Assembly (NCBI GenBank): GCA_039027415.1
Contig: JBCCKL010000001.1
Coordinates: 1-41,062, forward strand
Direction: 5' to 3'
Length of the DNA stretch: 41,062 nucleotides
Source: Verrucomicrobiota bacterium
GTDB taxonomy: Bacteria > Verrucomicrobiota > Verrucomicrobiia > Methylacidiphilales > JBCBYL01
In this document: in pieces, positions 27,701-35,697 of the stretch
How the letters are laid out: each line of letters opens with the position of its first letter
Numbering within the stretch: position 1 is the first letter of the stretch
Made by a program: the position numbers and the translations under genes
The notes under the pieces: model-generated
Databases searched by the model: none
What the model was told of the DNA's origin: nothing
Seen by the model: the letters and a program-made list of their open reading frames with translations, nothing else

Positions 27701-28301
27701 CGCCCATTTCATTTCACGTAAACTGGCCGAACATTACATGCCGTTGCCTGCCCCCGAGTCGCTGGTTAAAACACTGGAAAAAACGTTTCATGAAACTGGT
27801 GGAGATATGCAGCACATGATGCAGGCCCTTGTATCTCACAACACCTTCTGGGCCTCGATGAATCAGGAAAAACTGGCCACGCCGTTGGACTATTCCATCC
27901 GTATTGCACGTATCATGAACCACTATGATACCGGGAGTTATCATGGCTTCCTACAACGGAGCGGCATGGGATTGTTTGAGCGATCCACTCCGGATGGCTA
28001 TCCGGAAGATCCCCAAGCCTATGCAGATTCCAATGCAATGTTACAGCGCTGGCATCTGGCCAAGGAGATTGCTCATCCCATTTACAACCATATTGACCGT
28101 TCGTGGCAAATCGGCAAAGAACCCGAGAAGAACGGCATGACACTTGCGGAACTAACATCTTTCACCATCACTGGTTCCGCCCTCGACGAACAGGCCGAGC
28201 AGGCGTTGCAGGAACTCATTGCCACCACCGACCCGAAAGAACTTTGGAGCCCGGGGCTCTGCGCCCTCATGCTGCAGCTGCCCCAAACCCAATACCGCTA
28301 A
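24747..28301 (+). CDS. DUF1800-domain protein with a ~738-aa N-terminal beta-rich extension and signal peptide
   Basis: The C-terminal ~445 aa (from about nt 26961) carries DUF1800 strings: HLLNRLAYGPEP, FWVQNHFS, MLVYLDQ, NENYAREIMELHTLSVDGRYTQQDVTTLSRVLTGW. The N-terminus MLWIAIASLLLSVNEGLFA looks like a signal peptide. The extension contains Ig-like/CBM-like segments. Confidence 0.9.
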   Translation: MGKHHMLWIAIASLLLSVNEGLFAVTTFPSESTTLYTNESVVIPFTLDKKSVERQEWKTTVSPPELAQILQPAQALPGQAIGYVRLLPKQPGEATLHVAGGNRLKLNILPSPPETAQLNWVSPLEGVALEGEVQVGIDLVLSNSRSELWKSAPPTLHIGSGEDARVIEASHTLKDRLPRSVRYIYHVNCNELASGLQPLTARWLPEGKPHESIQREVYIFNATSTRQLVSHQAEDLQEVRVTYINREKPQPLPKIIEDETAQEGKYALLPGNGNTIAFRLNVEHGGHYQVFTRARAPLAGGAHASMGIYLNDKDEPRTVTRTLSGEWHRIPVGKPLYIEAGEHTCSLRFTNDFRGPNKINRDLHIDQLSILKIPYEAPIAKQQARTLTVAFRDVIEGKNIQGPFRVRAQADFEGMKKQKKEYVFPEVSLWINGERVQHQVHSRPNFMVPPKALQRGKNQLQLKASLQGRTVASNIQTVVLDPMQQTIRAQPLRDIVFTSADANWENSSEQLKGIRSKLYGEPIFEFKKNHTATLNLPPSLEGEYRIFIAASSQYHQGHARAEVSLQSGDVSSPLSSLEVHYRREYEIGKVKLDGSSETSTQLQIAFTNELRKNKKQGRALRIHHVRLTPHREDVDTTDPSIAIQYPPANHKIWREDAVIAEVFDPSGIESIELLIDGERNMPAYRPQQHLGRIVLPVLAKEMTAGSRQLSLKLTDRKGNVTMSDPITVEILARAPAEAGHYHRALHLLNRLAYGPEPDQLSAILVDGEDAWLERSLVQRSLSNAESISHEISGFPRLPDSDYWVPRKALTQATLSQNPVKERFNFWVQNHFSTWIRKSRGDQKVREHLKFHHAGFDRFNRLLNISAHSPAMLVYLDQQRSFAKRINENYAREIMELHTLSVDGRYTQQDVTTLSRVLTGWMTSQQAYPDGRKGNPKIHEFQFEHRLNDPAPAQVVGLNLPEASDKDAAYDRIQTVLETLSRHPDTAHFISRKLAEHYMPLPAPESLVKTLEKTFHETGGDMQHMMQALVSHNTFWASMNQEKLATPLDYSIRIARIMNHYDTGSYHGFLQRSGMGLFERSTPDGYPEDPQAYADSNAMLQRWHLAKEIAHPIYNHIDRSWQIGKEPEKNGMTLAELTSFTITGSALDEQAEQALQELIATTDPKELWSPGLCALMLQLPQTQYR

Positions 28302-28329
28302 TTAGAAACTCTGATATAGGAGAAATACC

Positions 28330-29658
28330 ATGGAACTCACCCGCCGCTACTTCCTTCAATCCTCTGGAGCACTCGCTGCCTATCTAGGATGCTCGCCCTT
28401 GCGCGCATTCGCTGCAGGTGAACCTGCTCTGGGAAACAAAACTTCCGTGATCGCCGGCAAAACACTGGTCACCATCTTCCTGCGGGGTGGCACCGACGGC
28501 TTGAACCTGGTTGTTCCCTATGGTGATGATGACTACTATAAAAGCCGCAAGGCGATCGCCATTGCACGGCCTGGACAGGATAAAGGTGCCATTGACCTCG
28601 ACGGTTTTTTTGGACTCCACCCCTCTGCGTCGGCGCTGACGCCCCTATTCCAGCAGGGTACTTTTCAGGCATTACATGCGGTAGGCTACGATCACAACAC
28701 CCGCTCACATTTTGAAGAACAGGATGTCTGGGAAACCGGCGTCATCGGTAATACCGTCAACTCCGACGGTTGGCTCAACCGCCACCTACAGACTTCCACG
28801 GGGGATGGGCTGGTACGTGCCTTGTCGATCGGGGACGCCCTACCACGCATTCTACACGGGAACGCTCCTGCCTACGCTGTCCGGGGCATTAAAGATCTTG
28901 CCTTGCCGGACATGAAAATGCCCACTGATAAAATCCAAGCTGCACTGGAGCACGCCTACATGCCCGCAGACCGCCACGATGTTTCTGACAGCAAAGATCT
29001 CATTAACCAAACCGGATCTCTCACGCTAGAAGGTGTTAAGCTACTTGAAAAAATTATTAAGCAGCCCTATGAGCCCGCCGCTCAATATCCCCAAAACGAT
29101 TTTTCCAAAAAACTTCAGGAAGTCGCGCGCCTAATCAAATCAGACATCGGATTGGAAGTCGTTGAAGTGACGCTGGGCGGTTGGGATACGCATAACCGTC
29201 AGGGTGGTGCTGAGGGCGGCTTTGCCAATAAGGTTAAGATGCTCTCTGAGGGATTGGCTGCTTTCACACAGGATCTCGGTAGTCATCTGGACAATACGTT
29301 GATTCTCACCTTAAGCGATTTTGGACGCACTGTGAAAGAAAACGGCACCGAAGGCACTGACCACGGCTGGGCCAACTGTATGTTCATGGGCGGCGGACCG
29401 ATCCGTGAAGTCACGGGAGGTAAGCCCGCCAAAGTGCGCACTGAATGGCCTGGACTATCTCCTGAACAACTCTATCAAAAACGGGATCTGCTACACACCA
29501 CTGACTTCCGTGATGTGATTGCCGATGTCGTACAGAATCATCTGGGCAATGACAACTTGCAGAAAATTCTACCCGGCCATGAGTTCAACGATTTGCATCT
29601 TTTTCGCCCTGCGGAGCCTGCTACAGATATTGTCGGCAAATCTGAAACACCTGCTTGA
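28330..29658 (+). CDS. DUF1501 protein (sulfatase/alkaline-phosphatase superfamily) with twin-arginine signal
   Basis: Tat motif TRRYFLQSSGALAAYLG. DUF1501 strings GGWDTHN, LSDFGRT and TDHGW are present. AGGAG lies 8 nt upstream of the ATG, and the gene starts 28 nt after the DUF1800 gene. Confidence 0.92.
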   Translation: MELTRRYFLQSSGALAAYLGCSPLRAFAAGEPALGNKTSVIAGKTLVTIFLRGGTDGLNLVVPYGDDDYYKSRKAIAIARPGQDKGAIDLDGFFGLHPSASALTPLFQQGTFQALHAVGYDHNTRSHFEEQDVWETGVIGNTVNSDGWLNRHLQTSTGDGLVRALSIGDALPRILHGNAPAYAVRGIKDLALPDMKMPTDKIQAALEHAYMPADRHDVSDSKDLINQTGSLTLEGVKLLEKIIKQPYEPAAQYPQNDFSKKLQEVARLIKSDIGLEVVEVTLGGWDTHNRQGGAEGGFANKVKMLSEGLAAFTQDLGSHLDNTLILTLSDFGRTVKENGTEGTDHGWANCMFMGGGPIREVTGGKPAKVRTEWPGLSPEQLYQKRDLLHTTDFRDVIADVVQNHLGNDNLQKILPGHEFNDLHLFRPAEPATDIVGKSETPA

Positions 29659-29728
29659 GCTACAGCAATCAGCTTTCACGTTAGAAATTGATTAGCATTC
29701 GCACACGATCTGCCCTAATCCGTTAGTC

Positions 29729-29971
29729 ATGAGAGTAATAAGGGATCAGGCCGAAGGTCAACGCTTCATGACAGGTTGTACTTTTGTTATCGTAGCCGTT
29801 GGTTTTATCGTTCTTGCATTCGGATTAGGTATCTACACGACCTATCGCCAATATAAAAATGATCCCGAAGGCTTTGAGAAAGAATTAAAAGAAGAATACC
29901 GCATCATGGAAGAAAAAGCGGAACAAAAGGCACAGGAGGAAGCGGAACAAAAATCAGGTTCTACCCGTTGA
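29729..29971 (+). CDS. Small single-pass membrane protein with charged E/K-rich tail (67-80 aa)
   Basis: One TM segment (CTFVIVAVGFIVLAFGLGIYTTY) followed by KNDPEGFEKELKEEYRIMEEKAEQKAQEEAEQK. The start is ambiguous (ATG 29729 or ATG 29768). No family recognised. Confidence 0.5.
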   Translation: MRVIRDQAEGQRFMTGCTFVIVAVGFIVLAFGLGIYTTYRQYKNDPEGFEKELKEEYRIMEEKAEQKAQEEAEQKSGSTR

Positions 29972-30032
29972 TAATTTTTTTCTAAAATTATAATCGCTTC
30001 AAATTTTATCAGGGCTTAATTTGTGCTTAGTG

Positions 30033-33000
30033 ATGCGTTATTTACCCCTGTTACTCCTACTGCCGATACTTTCTTGCAGCAAACCTGAACTCACCGAATT
30101 CACGGAGGATTTTGAAAGCGCCATAAGCCCCGCCTGGTCCAAACAAAATATTTCTATTACGGAAGACGGCGATCGAAGGTACCTAGGCCCTTTTGGATTT
30201 GAGGAGGTTGTGCTGGATTTAGAGAACTTAGCTCCCCATCGTCAAATTACGGTCGAATTTGACCTCTATCTCTTTCGCTCCTGGAACGGCAACAATACCC
30301 GGGAAGGCATGGATATATTCACGGTCATGCTGGGAGATGGAAGAATTCTCCACCGCACCAATTTTTCTCAGAGATTCAGTAAACAGACCCAGGCCTTTCC
30401 GGGATTTTATCCGTTACATCGAATGCCGAGTCGAACTGGAGCCATGGAAAGCAATACTTTGGGATCAAGCTTTAAGGGAAAGCCTTCCAGTAGCGTATAC
30501 CGACTGACACGAACATTTCCCCATGATGCCAAAGACCTGCAGCTCATTATCCAGGGTTCCAGTGACGACGATATAGATAACGAAGCCTGGGGAATTGATA
30601 ATGTGAGTATTCGTTTACACGATAAGCCCCCTTCCTCGCTGGCGATCACACCTGCCGAAATCGAATCCGCATTCACCTCTGATGATGGATCCATCGCGGA
30701 TGATATGGTGGATATTCTAGTTCAGTCGCCAGAAGCGGCAGTTCCTGAGCTACTGAAAATCTTGGCAGATAGCTCCCGTCCGGTCCTGGCGGACGAACTC
30801 CTGTTTCCTCATAGTCTGTTCTATCACTTACCCCATGACCCCAAAACCAAAGAGCCACTTCCATTGAATCCTGATCAGAGAAAGCATTGCCTGACGGCTT
30901 TCACCTTACAATTGATTGGAACGGAATCGGCGCGTTTGGCGGTAGCTAATTGGCAATCTACAGATGATCTGCGCCGGATTCCTCTCACATTGTCGGATGA
31001 AGCAGGGAACCCGGCCCGACATGTTGGCGTTCGTGTCTATAGTGACCGCGGCCATAGCTGGTTCACCCATGCAGACAGAGAGGGTAACGTGCTCCTGAAG
31101 ATGCCCGCTGAAGATCCGCGGCATTTCAGAATTGTAATCAACTCCAAGACCTATGTCTATGACCGCTATTTCTGGGAAAGGGTATCAGGAGATCCGATGC
31201 CTGATAAGATTGCTTTAATCACACATCTGCCAGTTACCATTGGGGGTGAAGTTCTCGATAATAATGGTGCTCCCATAGCGGATGCTAAGGTTTTTGTTCA
31301 CCCAAAAATCAATGAGGATGGAGAGTTGAAACGCGTTGTGGATTACGGGAACTCAGTACAAACTGATGAAAATGGCAAGTGGACATTTGATGGATGCCAT
31401 CCGAAGGCAGCTGAAGTTGATATCGCAGTTTACCACCCGCAATTCGTCTCGACGGGAGATGGTTTTCACCAATATGAAAAACACAAAGACATTTCCTCCT
31501 TAAAGTCAAAAACTGCCGTTGCCATACTCGATCGTGGCTATCCACTCACTGTCACGATAACAGATTCATCAAAAAAGCCGCTGGTGAATGCCAAGGTTTT
31601 CATGGGAAGAAGTAATGTAGCCAGCAATGCGCTTCCTTGGCATCAGACAGATGAAAACGGTTCCATTCAACTTGCTGCCGAAGCGGGCAAGACAATCACT
31701 GTGACAGCTAAGACGGATGGGTTTGCTCCTGAACTTATCCGTTTCCAAATGCCTGAATCCGACCACCAGGTCACCATACCGCTCTCACCTGCCTTTGAAC
31801 TGACAGGAAAAATTATCGATTCCTCCGGCAATGGCATACCAGGGGTCACTGTATTCATGGACACCTGGCGAGGCTCTCGAACACTGAATGTAAGGTTTAA
31901 GACCGATGCTGAGGGAAAATTCCGCTGGGAAGAAGCACCTGCAGATGTAGTTCAGGCTGACATCTACAAGCGAGGATTTACCGATAGCCGAAACACTCCT
32001 ATTCAGGCAGGACAAGAGAACATCATTACCCTTTATCCCCCAACTGTATTCCGTGGAACGGTCCTAGACGAGATAACCGGAAAACCTGTCCAGAAATTTG
32101 AGGTTCATCGAGGTATTCTATGGGAAAATTCCGACCGACCGCATTGGAATGACAATCCTCATACACATACTTCCACTGCTCCAGGTCGCTTTGAAACACA
32201 ATTAACTTATCCATATCCTGGAAACCTCATACGAGTTTCCGCTCCAGGCTATATGCCTGCGGAAAGTGAACGTTTTGCTATGCGAGGGCAGCGGCAAGAA
32301 CACGTATTTCACCTACGTCCCGTCGACCAGCTCGAATTTAGCATTCTCGATCATTCAGAACAACCTGTGCCGAACGCGATTGTCGCCACCATCTCACCAC
32401 AGCAGAGCATTTTCCTGAACGGTTTTGAAATGGAGGAAAGTCGGATGCGAGGCATGAAAATCATCCGAAGCGACGCTTCCGGCACTGCACGCATCACACC
32501 TCCTAGTGAAGAATACCTCGTAATGGTCTTACATGAATCCGGAGTTGGAATATCTCTTCAGGATAAATTGATGGCTAATCAAACCATGAAATTGCATCCA
32601 TATGGAAGCCTCACAGGCACAGCGTACCGCGGTAAAGAAAAGGTCACGGATGGAAAGGTAGGAATTTATTGGGACTGGAGGAAACATTTCAATATCGACG
32701 ACCCTCAACACGATTATGGCCTTCACTTTAGCCAGCAAGCATCAACAGACCATAATGGGAAATTCAAATTTGACACCGTTCCAGCTGGAACAGTGTCGCT
32801 CGGACAATACGTAAGCAGCTTCGGCGGATCCAATAGCTGTACTTACACAACTAAAGTACAGATCTCAGCCGGTAAAGTGGTAGATACCAAACTCGGTGGA
32901 GACGGAAGTCTTGTCACAGGTTCCATCACTATCCCCGATTCGATAAAGGAACGAAACTGGAAATTCTCGTTTTCTCAGCTACGGCAAATCCCCACCGTTG

Positions 33001-33758
33001 AGAGGCCCAGCGTTCCCGACGAGCTGCAAAAAGGTACTCTAGCTATGGAGGAGTGGTCAAAATCTGAAGCCAGAAAGAAATTTGAAGAAAAACAGCAGAA
33101 ATGGATTGAAGCCATGCGGAATGTCATTTCCTACTCCGTGGTCTTTGAAAATGCCTCTAGCTTCAGGATCGATGATGTTAAACCTGGTAAATATAGCTTG
33201 AATATCAATATTCACGAAGCACCCGAAGGTAATGTATGCGGGTATGGTGATCAACTCGGCTCCTTTACAACAGAAGTCGAAGTCCCTGATTCAGAAGACA
33301 CCCCAATCAAGCTTGGCGAACTGAAAGTGATCGCCAAAGAACAGCTACGTATCGGCGATGCTGCTCCCGAGTTTAGTGTACAAACACTTACGGGAGAGCA
33401 CCTATCTCTATCCAATTTAAGCGGTAAGTACATTTTACTGGATTTTTGGGCTACCTGGTGTGGTCCCTGTGTGGCAGAAACACCCAACCTTAAAGAAGCT
33501 TACGAACTCTTCGGTGACAGACAGGATTTTGTTTTGATTGGCCTGAGCAGTGATCAGTCAGATGCACCACTTGTAAGCTATATTGAAAAGAATAACTTAG
33601 AGTGGCACAATGCCAGACCCAAGTCTCAGACAATATCGCAGTCTTATCATGTTAATGGAATTCCATCTATCTGGCTAATAGGCCCTGAAGGTGAAATTGT
33701 GGCAAAAAATCTCAGAGGCAGCCAAATCGTACAAACGCTAAGAAAATACCTGAAATAA
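30033..33758 (+). CDS. Giant lipoprotein: N-terminal beta-sandwich-like domain, at least 6 carboxypeptidase-regulatory-like repeats, C-terminal TlpA/ResA-type thioredoxin domain
   Basis: Lipobox MRYLPLLLLLPILSC|S, using ATG 30033 (the track gives TTG 30021). Repeated motifs: GGEVLDNNGAPIADAKVFV, VTITDSSKKPLVNAKVFM, LTGKIIDSSGNGIPGVTVFM, FRGTVLDEITGKPVQKFEV, FSILDHSEQPVPNAIVAT. The last 137 aa (33345..33755) read APEFSV...GKYILLDFWATWCGPC...NGIPSIWLIGPEG, with WCGPC at 33456..33470. Confidence 0.9.
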   Translation: MRYLPLLLLLPILSCSKPELTEFTEDFESAISPAWSKQNISITEDGDRRYLGPFGFEEVVLDLENLAPHRQITVEFDLYLFRSWNGNNTREGMDIFTVMLGDGRILHRTNFSQRFSKQTQAFPGFYPLHRMPSRTGAMESNTLGSSFKGKPSSSVYRLTRTFPHDAKDLQLIIQGSSDDDIDNEAWGIDNVSIRLHDKPPSSLAITPAEIESAFTSDDGSIADDMVDILVQSPEAAVPELLKILADSSRPVLADELLFPHSLFYHLPHDPKTKEPLPLNPDQRKHCLTAFTLQLIGTESARLAVANWQSTDDLRRIPLTLSDEAGNPARHVGVRVYSDRGHSWFTHADREGNVLLKMPAEDPRHFRIVINSKTYVYDRYFWERVSGDPMPDKIALITHLPVTIGGEVLDNNGAPIADAKVFVHPKINEDGELKRVVDYGNSVQTDENGKWTFDGCHPKAAEVDIAVYHPQFVSTGDGFHQYEKHKDISSLKSKTAVAILDRGYPLTVTITDSSKKPLVNAKVFMGRSNVASNALPWHQTDENGSIQLAAEAGKTITVTAKTDGFAPELIRFQMPESDHQVTIPLSPAFELTGKIIDSSGNGIPGVTVFMDTWRGSRTLNVRFKTDAEGKFRWEEAPADVVQADIYKRGFTDSRNTPIQAGQENIITLYPPTVFRGTVLDEITGKPVQKFEVHRGILWENSDRPHWNDNPHTHTSTAPGRFETQLTYPYPGNLIRVSAPGYMPAESERFAMRGQRQEHVFHLRPVDQLEFSILDHSEQPVPNAIVATISPQQSIFLNGFEMEESRMRGMKIIRSDASGTARITPPSEEYLVMVLHESGVGISLQDKLMANQTMKLHPYGSLTGTAYRGKEKVTDGKVGIYWDWRKHFNIDDPQHDYGLHFSQQASTDHNGKFKFDTVPAGTVSLGQYVSSFGGSNSCTYTTKVQISAGKVVDTKLGGDGSLVTGSITIPDSIKERNWKFSFSQLRQIPTVERPSVPDELQKGTLAMEEWSKSEARKKFEEKQQKWIEAMRNVISYSVVFENASSFRIDDVKPGKYSLNINIHEAPEGNVCGYGDQLGSFTTEVEVPDSEDTPIKLGELKVIAKEQLRIGDAAPEFSVQTLTGEHLSLSNLSGKYILLDFWATWCGPCVAETPNLKEAYELFGDRQDFVLIGLSSDQSDAPLVSYIEKNNLEWHNARPKSQTISQSYHVNGIPSIWLIGPEGEIVAKNLRGSQIVQTLRKYLK

Positions 33759-33772
33759 CAAGTATTCCTTTA

Positions 33773-34264
33773 CTAGTTCTTCTCGATAAAATCAGCCAGT
33801 ACTTCCGCTAGTTTTTCGACCTCGTAGGGGTCGCATGGTATCACCAGCACAGAACGTTCTTCTTCGCTAGATTCCACTTCATTCAGCTCTTCTTCCACGT
33901 AAACCTGCTCAATCACTTGAACATCATCTCGATCTTGTTTGCAGCGGAGTTTCACCCACGGCTGTACCCTGTTGCCAATTTTCTCCACGACAGGTAATGG
34001 TTCCAGTCGGCGCAGATCTACGGACTGCACCTCTATCACATAGTGCAGCGGATTTATGCTGATTTTACGACCGATTTTCAATACTGTCGTCTTTCCCTTC
34101 TCTTCTAATTGAACCGTAAAATGTCCCAGTTCGGATGGATTGGCTGCCTGTATTGCCGCTTTCAATTCATCTGAGGTGGCAGCCCTCAGACTAGAAGAAA
34201 AGATTCCTATAATCATTATTGCGAACAAGTTGCAAATATTGACGTGCATCCGTCCATATTTCAT
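33773..34264 (-). CDS. Hypothetical secreted protein (158-163 aa)
   Basis: Signal-peptide-like N-terminus NLFAIMIIGIFSSSLRAAT and an acidic C-terminal half. No family recognised. Alternative start ATG 34249. It is convergent with the giant lipoprotein gene, 14 nt apart. Confidence 0.55.
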   Translation of the reverse strand: MKYGRMHVNICNLFAIMIIGIFSSSLRAATSDELKAAIQAANPSELGHFTVQLEEKGKTTVLKIGRKISINPLHYVIEVQSVDLRRLEPLPVVEKIGNRVQPWVKLRCKQDRDDVQVIEQVYVEEELNEVESSEEERSVLVIPCDPYEVEKLAEVLADFIEKN

Positions 34265-34283
34265 GTATTTCTCACATTGGCAA

Positions 34284-34646
34284 ATGCAGAACCCAGATCA
34301 TAACGAATCAGATTTAGAGAAGTTCAGGCAGGCTCATGAAGATCTTCGCAATGATCTTGTCGAAGATGCAATCGAGAAGCTCGAGGAACTGACATGTAAG
34401 TACCCTAGCCGTAGTGCATATTGGCACGAGCTCGGGACTGCCTACGGCAGGGTGGGGCGATATGAGGAGTCCCTAAAAGCCTATGCTAAGGAGACGCGCA
34501 CTCGTACCTGCCGTAGCCAGGCACTGCATGAGCTGGCCAAATCGTTTATGGAAGCGGGCGACCAGGACAACGCTAAGCAAGCACTGAAACACCTCGATCA
34601 ACTGCGGCCGGATTTGGTTCAAGATATTAAGCCAAAACTCGATTAA
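34284..34646 (+). CDS. Small TPR-like protein (~120 aa)
   Basis: AIEKLEELTCKYPSRSAYWHELGTAYGRVGRYEESLKAYAK and HELAKSFMEAGDQDNAKQALKHL look like 2-3 TPR units. The track start 34140 overlaps the divergent gene, so internal ATG 34284 (or 34263) is preferred. Confidence 0.55.
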   Translation: MQNPDHNESDLEKFRQAHEDLRNDLVEDAIEKLEELTCKYPSRSAYWHELGTAYGRVGRYEESLKAYAKETRTRTCRSQALHELAKSFMEAGDQDNAKQALKHLDQLRPDLVQDIKPKLD

Positions 34647-34682
34647 GATTTGACCGGAAGAATTTCGACGAGAAAATTTAGT

Positions 34683-35576
34683 ATGTTCCGCTTTGCACTG
34701 ATTGGCCTGATTTGCATTACCCTGCAGCAAACCTCAGATGCTGATGATAAAAAACTACCTCTATCCATAGTTTTCAAAGGAAATACAGAATTTGAAAAAC
34801 TGAAAAAGAACGCATACCAAAACAATTGGGCCGGATTGCCAATCGGAAAAAGAACGATCACTGTCGGCAAAGCACTCGTTGGCACGCCTTATAAAAGTTA
34901 TACTCTGGAAATCGACGATCATATCGAGGCTCCTTCTGTAAATCTACAGGGTCTGGATTGCTGGACCTTCTTCGAAGTATCATTGGGATTTGCCCGTATG
35001 CTGGATGATCCCGAAAATCAGCACACCCCGCAAAGGCTACTTCATTACATTGAACTTGACCGCTATCGCGGCGGCAACTGCGACGGTAACTACCTCTCCC
35101 GCTTACACTATCTGGAAGATTGGTTGTGGGACAATCATCAACGCAAATTAGTCAAAGACATTACAAAAGAGCTAGGTGGCGTAAAAGCTCCCGTTCGTGC
35201 TAAGGAGATGACTATTGGATGGAAAGGCTATCGTTACCTTAAAAATAACCCTGAACTTATTCCCGAACTGGCCAAACATGAAAAGCGTATCGAAAAACTC
35301 CCTACATATTACATCCCAAGAAATAAAGTGCGTCAGATCGAAGGCCAAATTCAAGACGGAGATATCATTGGCATCTTTAGTAAATCCGTAGGTGGTAAAA
35401 TATCAACTTCTCACGTCGGACTGGCCTATCGCGACCAGGATGGTGTTCTACGCCTTATACATGCCACCACCCAAAAAGATTATGGGCGCAAGGTGGCAAT
35501 CGACAGCCGCCTCTCTTCTTACATCAACCGCTTTTCTCATCAGGCCGGAATTCTGGTAGCACGACCGCTGAAATAA
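34683..35576 (+). CDS. DUF1460 (N-acetylmuramoyl-L-alanine amidase-like / NlpC-P60-like fold) secreted protein
   Basis: Signal peptide MFRFALIGLICITLQQTSDA, using ATG 34683 (the track gives 34650). LVGTPYKSYTLE...LQGLDCWTFFEVSLGFARM and GDIIGI...TSHVGLAY...GVLRLIHAT match my recollection of the DUF1460 Cys/His pattern. Confidence 0.72.
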   Translation: MFRFALIGLICITLQQTSDADDKKLPLSIVFKGNTEFEKLKKNAYQNNWAGLPIGKRTITVGKALVGTPYKSYTLEIDDHIEAPSVNLQGLDCWTFFEVSLGFARMLDDPENQHTPQRLLHYIELDRYRGGNCDGNYLSRLHYLEDWLWDNHQRKLVKDITKELGGVKAPVRAKEMTIGWKGYRYLKNNPELIPELAKHEKRIEKLPTYYIPRNKVRQIEGQIQDGDIIGIFSKSVGGKISTSHVGLAYRDQDGVLRLIHATTQKDYGRKVAIDSRLSSYINRFSHQAGILVARPLK

Positions 35577-35697
35577 GCTGGGAGAATGCACTTGAATTGC
35601 CTGCGGGTTATTTTACCTTTTCCGATCTGTTTTATGGAAATCCGGTAGCACTGTTACCATTTCTATATGCCAGAATTGACGAAAACGACTCAAAGCC

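Noticed and set aside
34140-34283. Long reading of the TPR ORF starting at 34140
   Set aside because: It overlaps the 5' end of the divergent 163-aa gene by 125 nt, and the extra residues are hydrophobic junk-like (IPIIIIANKLQILTCIRPYF). The internal ATGs at 34263 or 34284 are more plausible.
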